The notes: generated by a model not told the origin, from the sequence alone. Shown: positions 37,165-48,167, counted from the first letter of the stretch. The stretch: 64,000 bases of DNA from Ignavibacteria bacterium (GCA_016873775.1 VGWC01000004.1:1830-65829), one strand, 5' to 3'. Numbers and translations are program-made.

Positions 37165-40100
37165 ATGTTGAAGACTTCTTTCTTTTTAATCATCTTATTC
37201 TTGCTGAACAATTCTTTTATTTCAGCGCAGCAATATTGGAAATGGAAAAACCCGTACCCGCAGGGAAACAGTTTTACCGCAGTATATTTTATCAACGAAG
37301 AAATCGGTTATGGCATTGGAGAATTTGGAGTAATTCTTCGTACGACCAATGGAGGAGCTGAATGGGCGCAACTTTCAAGCGGAACAGTACGAACGTTACG
37401 CGCTGTATATTTTTTCGATTCCGATAATGGTTTTGTTGCCGGAGATTCCGGAACAATTCTTCGTACAACAAACGCCGGCGATTCGTGGACAATGCAGAAC
37501 AGCACGACATTCAATACACTTCGTGGAATTTCTTTTGCAACTTTATCACAAGGATTAATCGTTGGTTCTTCCGGCACGATTGTAAAAACTACTGATGGAG
37601 GAACAACGTGGAATTTGCTTACGAGCGGAATTACGGCAAGGTTGAACTCCGTTGCTTATATCAATGCGGATACTGCAACTGCGGTAGGAACTGCGGGTGG
37701 AGGTGGAGGTACTGGTACTATCATTCGTACAACAAATGGAGGAACAACGTGGGCATTGCAAACCACGATTCTACAAAGTGCGTTGAATGGCGTTGCGTTC
37801 TATAATACGAACATCGGTTTTATTGCTGGCTCGAATAATCGTTTGTTGAGGACCATCAATGGAGGAACAACGTGGATTCGAGATACTGTACAAGGTTCGT
37901 GGAATGCAATTGCAAATATAGATTCTCTTACGTGTGTTGCTGTTGGACAAAATGGAGTAATCGTCAAAACAACGAACGGTTCTACTTGGAATTCGCAGAC
38001 AAGCGGAGTTTCGAATCATTTAACGGGAGTTTCTTTTAAAGGAAATACTATAGGAACTGTAGTCGGTAGTTTAGGAATCGTTATTCGCACGTCAAACGGC
38101 GGTGATTCATGGATACAACAATCGCGCACTGTTACGACTTCGAATTTGTTCGGTGTTTTTTTTGTGAACAGAACAATCGGTTTTGTTGGCGTGAGATCTG
38201 GTGTAATGTTGAAAACAACAAACGGCGGTGATTCGTGGATACAACAATCCTACACCGCTCCCGGAATAGTGAGCTCCGTGTATTTTAATGACGAAAATAT
38301 TGGTACTGCTGTAACCGATTCCGGCGCTATCATTCGTACGAATGATGGAGGAAATACTTGGCTGTTGCAACAAAGCAATACAACTTCAGTTCTGAATTTT
38401 GTACAATTTGTCAATGAAAATACTGGCGTTGTTGTTGGTTCAAACAGTACCATTCTGTTCACAACGAATGGCGGAGAAAACTGGATTCCTTCTGTCACTG
38501 GATTGAATAAAACATTTCGTTGCGCTTCATTTGTTTCAGAAAATCTGTGCATTGTTGTAGGCGATACAGGAACAATCATTCGAACGACCAATAAGGGTGA
38601 AACATGGATGAATCAACACTACAGCACTTCTAATTTTATGCGCGGGGTTCATTTTTCTAACGAACAAAATGGTGTTGTTGTTGGTTCATTTGGAATGATT
38701 ATAAAAACTACGGATGGGGGAACTACCTGGAGTGAACCGAATAGCGGAACTCAAAACACTTTGCGAGCAATTTCTTTTTCTGATGAAGAGAATGGAACTG
38801 CAGTCGGCGAAAACGGTACAATTGTTTCGACAACAAATGGAGGAACTTCGTGGAGTATAATTGCAACTCCAACGATAAACAGATTAAGCGGCATATCAAT
38901 GACATCTGCAGCAACGGGAACAATTGTTGGAAACAATGGAACCATATTACGAACGCAGAGTTCAGTTTTTCCTCCAGATACTCCTTCGTTACTTTCACCC
39001 GAAAACAATGCGACGAATCAATCCATTACTCCTCTTGTAAATTGGAATGCTGTTACAGGAGCAACTTCGTATCGCTTGCAAGTTGCGAAAGATTCCCTCT
39101 TTGCAAATGTAGTAACGGATAAATCGAATATACAAGGAACATTGTTTGAACTCAGTTCACTGAATAGTTTTACAAAGTACTTTTGGCGAGTGAGAGCAAA
39201 AAATAATGAAGGAGTTAGCGAATTTTCCGATACGTGGAATTTTACAACGCGGCAAGTTGCAGTTCCATCTGTTCCTACGTTGATTTCTCCAGAAAACGGT
39301 GCAGTGAATCAGGAAATTACCCTTATCGCAACTTGGAATGCTTCAGATAGTGCAATCGTTTATCGTCTTCAAGTTGCAAAAGATTCACTTTTTGAAACGA
39401 TAGTTGTTGATATTTCTGAAATTGAAAATACTTCAAAAGAAATTGGTCCTCTTTCAAGCAACACAAAATATTTTTGGAGAGTAAGCGCGCAGAATGTCGG
39501 AGGAAGCAGTGAGTTTTCAGAGAAATGGAATTTCACGACAAAATTTATTGCTCCATCAAATGCTCCAACATTAGTTTCTCCCGAAAATAATGCAACGGAA
39601 ATTTCAACAAAAGTTGTTTTGGTTTGGAATTATTCACAAGGTGCAGATAATTACGGTGTTCAAGTTGCAACCGATTCACTGTTTGAAAATTTGATTGTGA
39701 ATGATTCTACAGTAACGGATACGACGAAAAAAGTTACACTTGCTAGTTTAACAACGTATTATTGGAGAGTAGATGCACGAAATGCAGGAGGCAACAGTGC
39801 GTATTCCAATATATGGAGTTTTACAACAGTATTTGTTCCTATTCCATCTGTGCCTGTTTTAATGTATCCACAAAATAATTCCGTACATCAACCTCGTATC
39901 ATTGCGCTTGAATGGGAACCTTCTTTGAATGCAGAAACATACCTTTTGCAAATTGCAACGGATTCGTTGTTTGAAGTAATGGTGCTTGAAGATTCAACGA
40001 TTGTTGAAACAACAAAAGAAGTAGAATTACTTGGCATAACGAAATATTATTGGAGAGTTCGAGCAAAAAATGTCGGCGGAATTAGTAATTTTTCCGATGT

Positions 40101-41595
40101 ATGGAATTTTACTACGATTATTGCTCCGCCAACAGTTCCGCAACTTGTTTCTCCGCAAAACAATGCTACCAATGTTTCGCTTGTAATAAATCTGCGATGG
40201 CGAAAAACAGAACGCACAGAAACGTATCGTCTTCAACTTTCCACCGATTCGCTATTTGAAACATTCGTTGTAGATGATTCCACCCTTGTTGATACTCTGC
40301 GAGAAGTCGGTCCGCTTGCTTATAACACTCGATATTTTTGGAGAGTTAGTGCGAAAAATTTCGGAGGAACAAGCGAGTTTTCAAACGTTCGAAGATTCTC
40401 AACTGTTATTTCTCCTCCTCCTGCACCAACATTACTTACACCGGAAAACGGCGCAACAAATCTTCCGCAATCAATTTTATTTACGTGGAATCTCGTTGGC
40501 GGAACTGGATTTGTTATTTACCATTTGCAACTTTCCATAGATTCGCTTTTTGCAACGTATGTTGTGAACGATTCGAATATTTTTGGAAATACACAGCTAC
40601 AAGTGAATGGTTTGCAAGGTTCGACACAGTATTATTGGCGTGTGAGAGCAAGAAACAATAGTGGTTACGGAGAATTTTCAACTGTTTGGAATTTTTCAAC
40701 CGCAACAATACCACCATTGCCACCAGTACTCTTGTTTCCATTCAACGGTTCGCAAAATATTCCGAGAGAAGTATTAGTACGATGGAGAAGTTCGCTCAAT
40801 GCAGAATTGTATCATTTACAAATTGCGTTGGATACTGCGTTTGAGAATTTTGTTGTCAATGATACAAGTATTGCTGATACGATGAAACTCGTTGGTCCAC
40901 TTCAATTTTTTACAAAACATTATTGGCGTGTTCGAGCAAAAAATAACACTGGATACGGCGATTGGTCGTTGCGAAGGAGTTTTACAACGCTCATTCAGGT
41001 TCCACAGCAAGTAATGTTACTCGCACCTGAACATAATGCCACAATCAGCAGCGATAGTATAATTTTCCGTTGGAATAAAAGTTTTCCAGAAGTTAATCAT
41101 TACGGCATTGTCATCGCGCTCGATACTGCTTTTGCAAATATCGTGTATGCGGATACATCGGTTCTCGATACACAGAAAGTTGTACGCGGGCTTATAAACG
41201 ACCGAAGATATTGGTGGAAAGTCAGCGCGCATAATATTACCGGTTGGGGACAATTTAGCGAGATACGGAAATTTACGCTGTTTATTTCCGGGGTAGCAGA
41301 ACTTGGCGGAATTCCCAAAGTATTTTCTCTTGAACAAAATTATCCAAATCCGTTCAATCCTTCAACGATTATCGAATTTCATTTACCACAACAAGGCTTT
41401 GTTACACTCAATGTATTTGATGTTCTTGGAAACAACATATCAACGCTGCTCCATCAGGAATTTTCGGCAGGAAATTTTGCATACGAATGGAATGCAAGTG
41501 ATGTTCCGAGCGGAATATATTTTTATCGCATAAGTGTTGCACATGAAAATCATTTGCAATATAGCAAGACGAATAAACTTATACTTCTAAAATAA
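37165..41595 (+). CDS. Large T9SS-secreted protein: Ycf48/BNR-like propeller repeats + 8 FnIII-like repeats
   Basis: Many 'G.I.RTTNGG.TW' repeats; 8 'P.L.SPEN.A...W......Y.LQ.A.DSLF...YYWRVRA.N..G.S.FS..W.FTT' units; 'LEQNYPNPFNPST' CTD. Confidence 0.88.
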   Translation: MLKTSFFLIILFLLNNSFISAQQYWKWKNPYPQGNSFTAVYFINEEIGYGIGEFGVILRTTNGGAEWAQLSSGTVRTLRAVYFFDSDNGFVAGDSGTILRTTNAGDSWTMQNSTTFNTLRGISFATLSQGLIVGSSGTIVKTTDGGTTWNLLTSGITARLNSVAYINADTATAVGTAGGGGGTGTIIRTTNGGTTWALQTTILQSALNGVAFYNTNIGFIAGSNNRLLRTINGGTTWIRDTVQGSWNAIANIDSLTCVAVGQNGVIVKTTNGSTWNSQTSGVSNHLTGVSFKGNTIGTVVGSLGIVIRTSNGGDSWIQQSRTVTTSNLFGVFFVNRTIGFVGVRSGVMLKTTNGGDSWIQQSYTAPGIVSSVYFNDENIGTAVTDSGAIIRTNDGGNTWLLQQSNTTSVLNFVQFVNENTGVVVGSNSTILFTTNGGENWIPSVTGLNKTFRCASFVSENLCIVVGDTGTIIRTTNKGETWMNQHYSTSNFMRGVHFSNEQNGVVVGSFGMIIKTTDGGTTWSEPNSGTQNTLRAISFSDEENGTAVGENGTIVSTTNGGTSWSIIATPTINRLSGISMTSAATGTIVGNNGTILRTQSSVFPPDTPSLLSPENNATNQSITPLVNWNAVTGATSYRLQVAKDSLFANVVTDKSNIQGTLFELSSLNSFTKYFWRVRAKNNEGVSEFSDTWNFTTRQVAVPSVPTLISPENGAVNQEITLIATWNASDSAIVYRLQVAKDSLFETIVVDISEIENTSKEIGPLSSNTKYFWRVSAQNVGGSSEFSEKWNFTTKFIAPSNAPTLVSPENNATEISTKVVLVWNYSQGADNYGVQVATDSLFENLIVNDSTVTDTTKKVTLASLTTYYWRVDARNAGGNSAYSNIWSFTTVFVPIPSVPVLMYPQNNSVHQPRIIALEWEPSLNAETYLLQIATDSLFEVMVLEDSTIVETTKEVELLGITKYYWRVRAKNVGGISNFSDVWNFTTIIAPPTVPQLVSPQNNATNVSLVINLRWRKTERTETYRLQLSTDSLFETFVVDDSTLVDTLREVGPLAYNTRYFWRVSAKNFGGTSEFSNVRRFSTVISPPPAPTLLTPENGATNLPQSILFTWNLVGGTGFVIYHLQLSIDSLFATYVVNDSNIFGNTQLQVNGLQGSTQYYWRVRARNNSGYGEFSTVWNFSTATIPPLPPVLLFPFNGSQNIPREVLVRWRSSLNAELYHLQIALDTAFENFVVNDTSIADTMKLVGPLQFFTKHYWRVRAKNNTGYGDWSLRRSFTTLIQVPQQVMLLAPEHNATISSDSIIFRWNKSFPEVNHYGIVIALDTAFANIVYADTSVLDTQKVVRGLINDRRYWWKVSAHNITGWGQFSEIRKFTLFISGVAELGGIPKVFSLEQNYPNPFNPSTIIEFHLPQQGFVTLNVFDVLGNNISTLLHQEFSAGNFAYEWNASDVPSGIYFYRISVAHENHLQYSKTNKLILLK

Positions 41596-41623
41596 AGAGG
41601 AAATACAAAATCAGTTTGATAGA

Positions 41624-41660
41624 AAATCCCACTACTGAAAATGTGTGTGGGATTTTTTTT
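41624..41660 (+). terminator. Intrinsic terminator
   Basis: aaaatcccac ... gtgggatttttttt after the large secreted protein gene. Confidence 0.65.
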
Positions 41661-41871
41661 ACGGAGAAAAAGGATAGAAAAAAAATAGTAAAAGAAGTCT
41701 TTACAAAAGATAGAGTGAAGTTGTTGAGAGGAGATTGCTTCGCATCGCTCATAATAACCGTTTCTATTTTAGGACTTTGCAAAACATTTTACAAACGAGT
41801 GATTCTTTTAAATTTCTGCAAGAATATTTTTCAAAGAAAATTTTCTTCTTATTTTCACGAACAAATTTTCA

Positions 41872-42986
41872 ATGGATATTGTTTCTGAAATAATTTCTGC
41901 GCTTGAATCGGAAGAAACAATAATTCTTGCAACAATTATTTCGCTTCCGGTTCTACTCCTGCGTCGTCTTGTTCCAAAATGTTGGTTAAGCAAAACGGAA
42001 ATTCTTCTCTTGGCACAATCGGAGGCGGATGTATGGAAGGAGAAGTTCTATTGCATGCGCAGCGATTGTTCGAAACAAACAAAGCAGAAATTCTAACCTT
42101 TCACTTAAACGAAGATGACATTGAGCATGGTTTGATATGCGGAGGAAGTTTGGATGTATTTCTCGAACCGATTTCGTGCAAACAAATTATTCTTTTCAAA
42201 AAAATTCTTTCAATGCAAAATAATGGAAATGATTGTATCCTTGCAACATTGCTTTCTAACGAAGGGAAAATTATTTTCAAAAACATTGTTCCAAACTCTT
42301 CGGGAAGTAGTAACGTATTGGAGAAATGGAGAAGCGAATTAGCACTATTCAGTGTTCCGACACCGCATTCATTGAAAAAAGAAATTGAAAAAGTATTTCG
42401 TAGAAACGAAACACACAGAATAAAAACAGAAACCGGCGAATGGATTCTTGAGCCGATTCAGGGAACGCCGCAACTAATTATTTTTGGCGGAGGACACGTA
42501 TCAAAATATATTTCAAAAACTGCGGCGATGTGTGGGTTCCATGTTTCCATCATTGATGACAGAGAAAAATTTGCGAACGTTGAGCGATTTCCCGAAGCGA
42601 AAAAAGTATTCACATTAGACTTTGAGAACGGTTTTAAAAAAATTGCAGTTAAAAAATCATCATACATTGTTATCGTAACACGCGGACATCAATACGATGA
42701 AACCGTATTGGAGCAAGCGTTAAAAACGAACGTTTCGTATGTTGGAATGATAGGAAGTAAACGTAAAGTGCTTGTGACGTTCGAGCATTTACTTTCCAAA
42801 GGGATTTCACTTGAACAATTGAAACGTGTTTACTCGCCGATAGGAATTGAAATCGGCGCAACTACAGTAGAAGAAATTGCCGTTAGTGTTGTTGCAGAAT
42901 TAATTCGTGTTCGTAAAGGGAAGCGTTTTCCGCTTCAACATAAATTGCAAATGATGGAAGATACGTTTGTGCATTTACAAAAATAA
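41872..42986 (+). pseudogene. xdhC: XdhC/CoxI family Moco chaperone with a 1-nt frameshift near 41944
   Basis: MDIVSEII...LATIIS (frame 41872) continues as xSGSTPASSCSKMLV (frame of 41979); 'GTIGGGCME', 'ICGG', 'IFGGGHV', 'TRGH.YD', 'IGSKRK'. Confidence 0.75.
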
Positions 42987-42994
42987 ACCTTGCA

Positions 42995-43600
42995 ATGAAC
43001 GTTGCGGCAATTATTCTTTCTGCAGGAACATCACGACGAATGGGACAACCGAAAGCATTGATGAAATTGAATGGAAAAACATTTCTTCAGCAAATCATAG
43101 ATGTACTTTCCGCAACTTCAATTTCTAATATCACTGTAGTATTGGGAAGTTCTGCTCAACAAATATGCGCATCGCTTGGTGATTTTTGCGGGAAAATAAT
43201 TATCAACGAACATTGGCAGCAAGGTCAACTTAGTTCCGTTATTGCGGGAATTGATTCTCTCGGTGAAAATTTTGTTGATGCGATAATGCTTTGTCCCGTT
43301 GACCATCCGTTGATTTCTGAAAATGTTATACAAGAATTATTGTGTGCATTCGAGACGACGAAGAAAAAAATTATTCTTCCAAAATATTGCGGACGTCGTG
43401 GACATCCTATAATTTTTTCGCGCGATATATTTTCGGAAATAAGAAACGCACCAACAGAAATTGGCGCACGTTCCGTTCTCCACAAATTTCCGAATGAGAT
43501 TTGCGAAGTTCAGACAAACGAAGAATGTGTACTAGCCAACATTGATACAAGAGAAGATTACGAAAAGTATATTGCAAACACACACAATGCTGAATTTTGA
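42995..43600 (+). CDS. mocA: Molybdenum cofactor cytidylyltransferase-like NTP transferase
   Basis: 'ILSAGTSRRMGQPKAL', 'VDHP', 'RGHPIIF', 'NIDT'. Confidence 0.82.
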   Translation: MNVAAIILSAGTSRRMGQPKALMKLNGKTFLQQIIDVLSATSISNITVVLGSSAQQICASLGDFCGKIIINEHWQQGQLSSVIAGIDSLGENFVDAIMLCPVDHPLISENVIQELLCAFETTKKKIILPKYCGRRGHPIIFSRDIFSEIRNAPTEIGARSVLHKFPNEICEVQTNEECVLANIDTREDYEKYIANTHNAEF

Positions 43601-44789
43601 AGAAGCAAAAAAAACAATACTTAATTTAGTGCATCCTTTTGGAATAGTTACACTTCCATTCAACGAAGCGCGAAATTATTTTCTTGCCGAAGATATTGCA
43701 GCAGAAGAGAATGTTCCTGCGTTTGATAACAGTGCAATGGATGGATTTGCTGTTCATTCGGAAGATGTAAAAAATGTTCCAATTGAAATGAAAATTTCTG
43801 GTGAAGTTTCAGCCGGGAATGTGTCTGAAATTGAATTGAATCGCGGTGAAGCTATTGCAATTTTTACTGGCGCAAGAATTCCTCAAGGATGCGATGCGGT
43901 TGTTCAGCAGGAATGGACTGAAAAAATTGACGAATTATATGTAAGGATTTTACAAACCGTGAAGCCGCGACAAAATATTCGTTTCGTTGCGGAAGATATA
44001 ACGAAAGGTGAAATTATTTTGCATCATGGACAGCGAATAAATGCAGTTGAAATCGGTGTGCTTGCTTCTTTGGGTAAAAAAAATGTGTGTGTGCATCGTT
44101 CACTTCGTTGTGCAATTCTTTCAACGGGAAATGAATTGATAAATATTGATGAAGAAATACATGACGGGAAAATTCGCAATAGTAACGAATGTGTTTTGGA
44201 AGCGATGCTTCGAGAACACCAATGTGAAGTTGTAAATTTAGGAATTGCAAAAGATAACATTGAAGAGTTGCGAACAAAAATTTCCGAAGGATTGAAACAC
44301 GATGTATTTATTACGAGCGGAGGAGTTTCTGTTGGGAAATATGATTTCGTAGCGGAAGCATTACGACAACTTGGAGTTGAAATATTCTTTTCCGGTGTAA
44401 ATATAAAACCCGGTAAACCATTTCTCTTTGGCTTATACAATTCAAATCCAGTGTTTGGACTTCCGGGAAATCCTGTTTCGGCAATGATGACGTTTTTGCA
44501 ATTTGTAAAACCAGCATTGTTGAAAATGCAGGGTTCGTTAATTTCAAAACTCGAATCGCATTATACGTTGAGTGCAGTAATGGAAAACGAATACAGAAAA
44601 AATGATTTCAAACGTCATTTTGTACGAGGAGTTGTTCAGCAAAAGAATGGAAAATATTTTGTTCGCACATTAGAAAATCAATCATCAAACTCAATATCAT
44701 CAATGGCAAGAGCAAATTGTATTATTATTGTTCCAGAAGAAACACAACGAATTTGTATCGGGAGTACAGTGGAAATAGAAATGTTATGA
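43587..44789 (+). CDS. moeA: Molybdopterin molybdotransferase
   Basis: 'FDNSAMDGFAV', 'STGNEL', 'TSGGVSVG.YD', 'GLPGNPVS'. Confidence 0.95.
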   Translation: MLNFEEAKKTILNLVHPFGIVTLPFNEARNYFLAEDIAAEENVPAFDNSAMDGFAVHSEDVKNVPIEMKISGEVSAGNVSEIELNRGEAIAIFTGARIPQGCDAVVQQEWTEKIDELYVRILQTVKPRQNIRFVAEDITKGEIILHHGQRINAVEIGVLASLGKKNVCVHRSLRCAILSTGNELINIDEEIHDGKIRNSNECVLEAMLREHQCEVVNLGIAKDNIEELRTKISEGLKHDVFITSGGVSVGKYDFVAEALRQLGVEIFFSGVNIKPGKPFLFGLYNSNPVFGLPGNPVSAMMTFLQFVKPALLKMQGSLISKLESHYTLSAVMENEYRKNDFKRHFVRGVVQQKNGKYFVRTLENQSSNSISSMARANCIIIVPEETQRICIGSTVEIEML

Positions 44790-45034
44790 TTACTGTAAAA
44801 GTAAAATTGTTTGCGATGATTCGCGACTTGTTCTGTGCAGATGAAATGCAATTTTCCATCGAAGAAAAAACATCAGTGGAAAAAATTTTGGAACTATTGA
44901 GTGAAAAAAATAATCGTATTGAAGAATGGAAACCATTTCTCCGAATTGCAGTGAATTGTGAATACGTTACTTTTGATTGTTTGTTACGCAATAACGATGA
45001 AGTTGCAATTATTCCCCCCGTGAGCGGTGGATAA
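44786..45034 (+). CDS. moaD: Molybdopterin synthase sulfur carrier
   Basis: MITVKVKLFA...DEVAIIPPVSGG C-terminal GG; ATGA overlap with moeA. Confidence 0.95.
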   Translation: MITVKVKLFAMIRDLFCADEMQFSIEEKTSVEKILELLSEKNNRIEEWKPFLRIAVNCEYVTFDCLLRNNDEVAIIPPVSGG

Positions 45035-45054
45035 GTATATTGAAGATTGTAGCG

Positions 45055-45465
45055 ATGATAGAAATTGTTGAAAGAAAAATTGATGTGCACGCCGTTATCA
45101 GAAGTGTAGAAGATGATTCAGCAGGAGCGATTGATGTATTTATCGGCTCAACGCGAAATATTTCCGATGGGAAAAATGTGTTGTTTCTGGAATATGAAGC
45201 ATACGTTTCGATGGCGAAAAAAATGATGGAAGAAATTTCCGCCGCAATATTTGCGAAGTGGGATGTAAAAAAAATATCTCTTGTTCATCGCATCGGAAAA
45301 GTGCCGATTGGTGATGCAAGTGTTGTACTCGCCGTTTCTTCTGCGCATCGGAGCGAAGCATTTGAAGCATGCAGGTACGCAATTGATATGTTGAAAAAAA
45401 ATGTTCCGATTTGGAAAAAAGAGTTTTTTGACAACGGTGAAATTTGGGTGGATGGAAATAATTAG
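45055..45465 (+). CDS. moaE: Molybdopterin synthase catalytic subunit
   Basis: 'LEYEAY', 'HRIG', 'SSAHR', 'VPIWKKE'. Confidence 0.95.
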   Translation: MIEIVERKIDVHAVIRSVEDDSAGAIDVFIGSTRNISDGKNVLFLEYEAYVSMAKKMMEEISAAIFAKWDVKKISLVHRIGKVPIGDASVVLAVSSAHRSEAFEACRYAIDMLKKNVPIWKKEFFDNGEIWVDGNN

Positions 45466-45514
45466 AACAGAATAATTTGAACGTGGTAGTTAAAGATAAC
45501 AATAGGTAATTATT

Positions 45515-46429
45515 ATGCGCGATGTTTCTTCAAAGTCAAATTCATTACGAACGGCAAAGGCGACTGCGACGCTGAATATTTCTATATCAACAGCGGAAGC
45601 AATACAAAACGGAAATGTTCCGAAAGCAAATCCGATTGAAGTTGCGCGCGTTGCGGGAATTCAGGCGGCGAAAAATACGAGTGTAATTATTCCCTATTGT
45701 CATCAGGTTCCGCTTGACAATGTTCAAATAGATATTATTGTAGATACGAATTCAATTTCAATTTTCTCCGAAGTGAAAGCAATATGGAAAACTGGGGTGG
45801 AAATGGAAGCGTTATGTGCGGTATCGGCAACGGCATTAACATTGTACGATATGCTGAAACCTATTGACGAAACAATGGAAATTGTATCCATTCAATTGTT
45901 GGATAAGAAAGGCGGAAAATCCAACATCAGTGAACACGGCGAAGGATTATCTGCGGCAGTAATTGTGCTGAGTGATTCTGTGCGCGAAGGATTGAAAGAA
46001 GATGTTTCGGGAAAGATACTTGTCGAGAAACTTCAGCAGCACAAGTTGAGAGTTGCACATTACATTATTTTACCCGATGAAAAAAAGGAAATCGAAAATG
46101 AACTGAAGCGACTTTCTGATTCAGAAAAAATTGACGTTGTAATTACTACCGGCGGAACGGGAATTTCAACTCGTGATGTTACTCCTGAAGCAACACTTTC
46201 TGTCATTGAACAACGATTGGTGGGAATGGAGGAAACGTTGCGAAGTTACGGACAACAGCGATATTACTTTGCTATGTTTTCACGCTGTGTTGTTGGAAAA
46301 CGAGGAACAACGCTCATCATAAATCTTCCCGGTTCAACACAAAGTGTGGAAGATGGTATCCATGCGTTGTTTCCGCATGTGTTTCATTTTTTTCGAATGA
46401 TAAAAAACGAACGTCACGACAATAACTGA
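45515..46429 (+). CDS. moaCB: Bifunctional MoaC/MoaB-MogA fusion
   Basis: 'MRDVS.K..S.R.A', 'IPYCH', 'TGVEMEAL', 'KKGGKS'; then 'TTGGTG...RDVTPEA', 'NLPGS'. Confidence 0.92.
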   Translation: MRDVSSKSNSLRTAKATATLNISISTAEAIQNGNVPKANPIEVARVAGIQAAKNTSVIIPYCHQVPLDNVQIDIIVDTNSISIFSEVKAIWKTGVEMEALCAVSATALTLYDMLKPIDETMEIVSIQLLDKKGGKSNISEHGEGLSAAVIVLSDSVREGLKEDVSGKILVEKLQQHKLRVAHYIILPDEKKEIENELKRLSDSEKIDVVITTGGTGISTRDVTPEATLSVIEQRLVGMEETLRSYGQQRYYFAMFSRCVVGKRGTTLIINLPGSTQSVEDGIHALFPHVFHFFRMIKNERHDNN

Positions 46430-46439
46430 TTTGAGAAGT

Positions 46440-46740
46440 GATATCAAAAACTCCCATTACCAACAACGCACTGTTTCGCAAAATGTTGAGATAAAATTTT
46501 GCAGGTGTTACGTTTGTAATTATTTGTAATCACCACGGCATACTGCGAATCGGAAACATAAATCCCGAAAGCAAAATTATCTGGAGCATCGAAAGCAGCG
46601 ACGCGAGTTGAAATGCGACTTGCTGCGAATCCGAAATTGCCGAAACCCAAAGCCCGATGCTCAATGCTGCAATAATGAAAACGAGTGTTGTAAAAAAAAG
46701 TAATAGCAAACTTCATTGCTTCACATCGAAATTGATATGG
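46440..46740 (-). pseudogene. ABC-2 type transporter permease C-terminal fragment
   Basis: 'Q*SLLLLFFTTLVFIIAALSIGLWVSAISDSQQVAFQLASLLSMLQIILLSGFMFPIRSMPW*LQIITNVTPAKFYLNILR' with two in-frame TGA. Confidence 0.8.
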
Positions 46741-46826
46741 TCAACAGAAAAAAAATTGCAGAAGCATTTGATGAGGTTGTGAACGTGGATAGCGTGTTCG
46801 TGCATTGCCTTTTAAAAACTTTGCAA

Positions 46827-47972
46827 TTAAAATATTTTGCTTCTCATTCTTAAATCGGAAAGAGTTACTGCGCTTTCGATTGAATCATCGGGAACAAGTA
46901 AGTATTCCCATTTTTGATTGGAATGAGAGGAAACTACTTTACACCATTCTATTGTTTATTTTGCTTTTATATTCGCATTAGAGTATTCATTATCAAACTC
47001 TCCACGCTCCTTTACTTCGATGAGAGAAATTGTGTTGTTGGAAATAAAAATGAAATCTGGAAAATGTTTTCCTGCGAGAGTATTGATAGAAAATTGACTT
47101 GAAGGGTTTCGCATCAATAATTCACAACTCTCTCTATCAAGGATTTTTGCAACAAGAAGTTCCGGCGTACTGTTAAATCGTATTTCTCTGTATAAACTTT
47201 TTTTCCATCCAACTGCGAGTCTTTTTTCATCGCGTTTCCATACATCGAGTTTATCTTGTTCTACAAATTTTTCATCCTATGGAACACTATAAATCACTGG
47301 TGTAAATGTAAATGATTCTGTTTCTTCGGGAAGCACCGTAAGGATGGAAGCGGATTTTTTCATTGCCTCCTCAAGTTGAATTTTTATTTCTTCAGAAATT
47401 GTATCTCCAACCGCTTCACAAACCTTTCGTATTTCCTCCTCTGTTTTTGCATTCAATAGATTAAAGAATTCACGAAATACACGCTCTGATTCAGGTATTT
47501 CACCACCAACTTCACTTATTTCTTTTGTCAATAAAATTGCATTCACGGCGTTTGATATATTCACATACAGCGTTTCGTTTTCCTCAAAGTATATATCTCC
47601 GTTCACAACAACAGAAACGGTTTTTATTGTATCCCCGCTGTAAAATGTGAGTGAGCCGTTCGTTGAAATATAATCTGTTCCAAAAATTACAGTTCCATTT
47701 GCGGAAGCATAATTTACTGTAACGGTTTGTCCGCTTGCAGGAAGTAGTTTTACCGTAAACGTTGCAGAAGGAGAACCACTGTTGCCTTCAAAAACACTTA
47801 TATCTGCGATTGAAAGAGAACTTGTTTTTGAAGATGAGAGAGAATTACTTGCAGTATTTACACGTTGCGCATTCACTTTAAAGTGGAACAAAATGCAAAT
47901 GAAAAGGATAAAAAAAGTAAGAAATGATTTTGAAAAAATGGGCTTCATACAATTACCTCGAGTTAATAACAA
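46827..47972 (-). pseudogene. Chimeric remnant: signal peptide + Calx-beta domain fused in frame to a type III restriction (Res)-like PD-(D/E)xK C-terminus
   Basis: Calx-beta 'LSIADISVFEGNSG...TVNYASANGT...DY....GSLTF..G.T.KTV.V.VNGD...E.NET'; past TAG 47277-79 the frame gives 'GWKKSLY...FNSTPE...ILD...RNP...G.HFPDF...LIEVK...*..WC...WEYLLVP' (TAA 46956-58). Confidence 0.72.
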
Positions 47973-48167
47973 ATTATGAATATTACATTTATTAGTGCTG
48001 AAAATTTTCGCGCTTAATATAAATAAAACTTATGCAATTTCTCAATGCTTCAAAAAATATTATTTTTTTCATAGAACTGATTACGAATTTTCAAACAATT
48101 TATTTCTACACACTTTTCCCGCACAACAAATTTTTCCTATCTTTTGCCCAATATTTTTTTAAAAACA

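Noticed and set aside
28833..41660. Genomic island integrated at tRNA-Pro
   Set aside because: No integrase, no visible duplicated tRNA 3' end, and no obvious compositional shift
41729..41760. gagattgcttcgcatcgctcataataac, resembling half of a common palindromic repeat
   Set aside because: Only one degenerate arm is visible, which is too little to call
46444..46716. 90-aa minus-strand ORF in the track
   Set aside because: Wrong frame; the neighbouring frame carries the ABC permease remnant
380..46740. TGA recoding (Trp/Gly/Sec), suggested by in-frame TGA in hicA and the ABC permease fragment
   Set aside because: TGA is the normal stop of intact genes here (apt, moeA, rfbD) and long genes contain no internal TGA, so these are nonsense mutations
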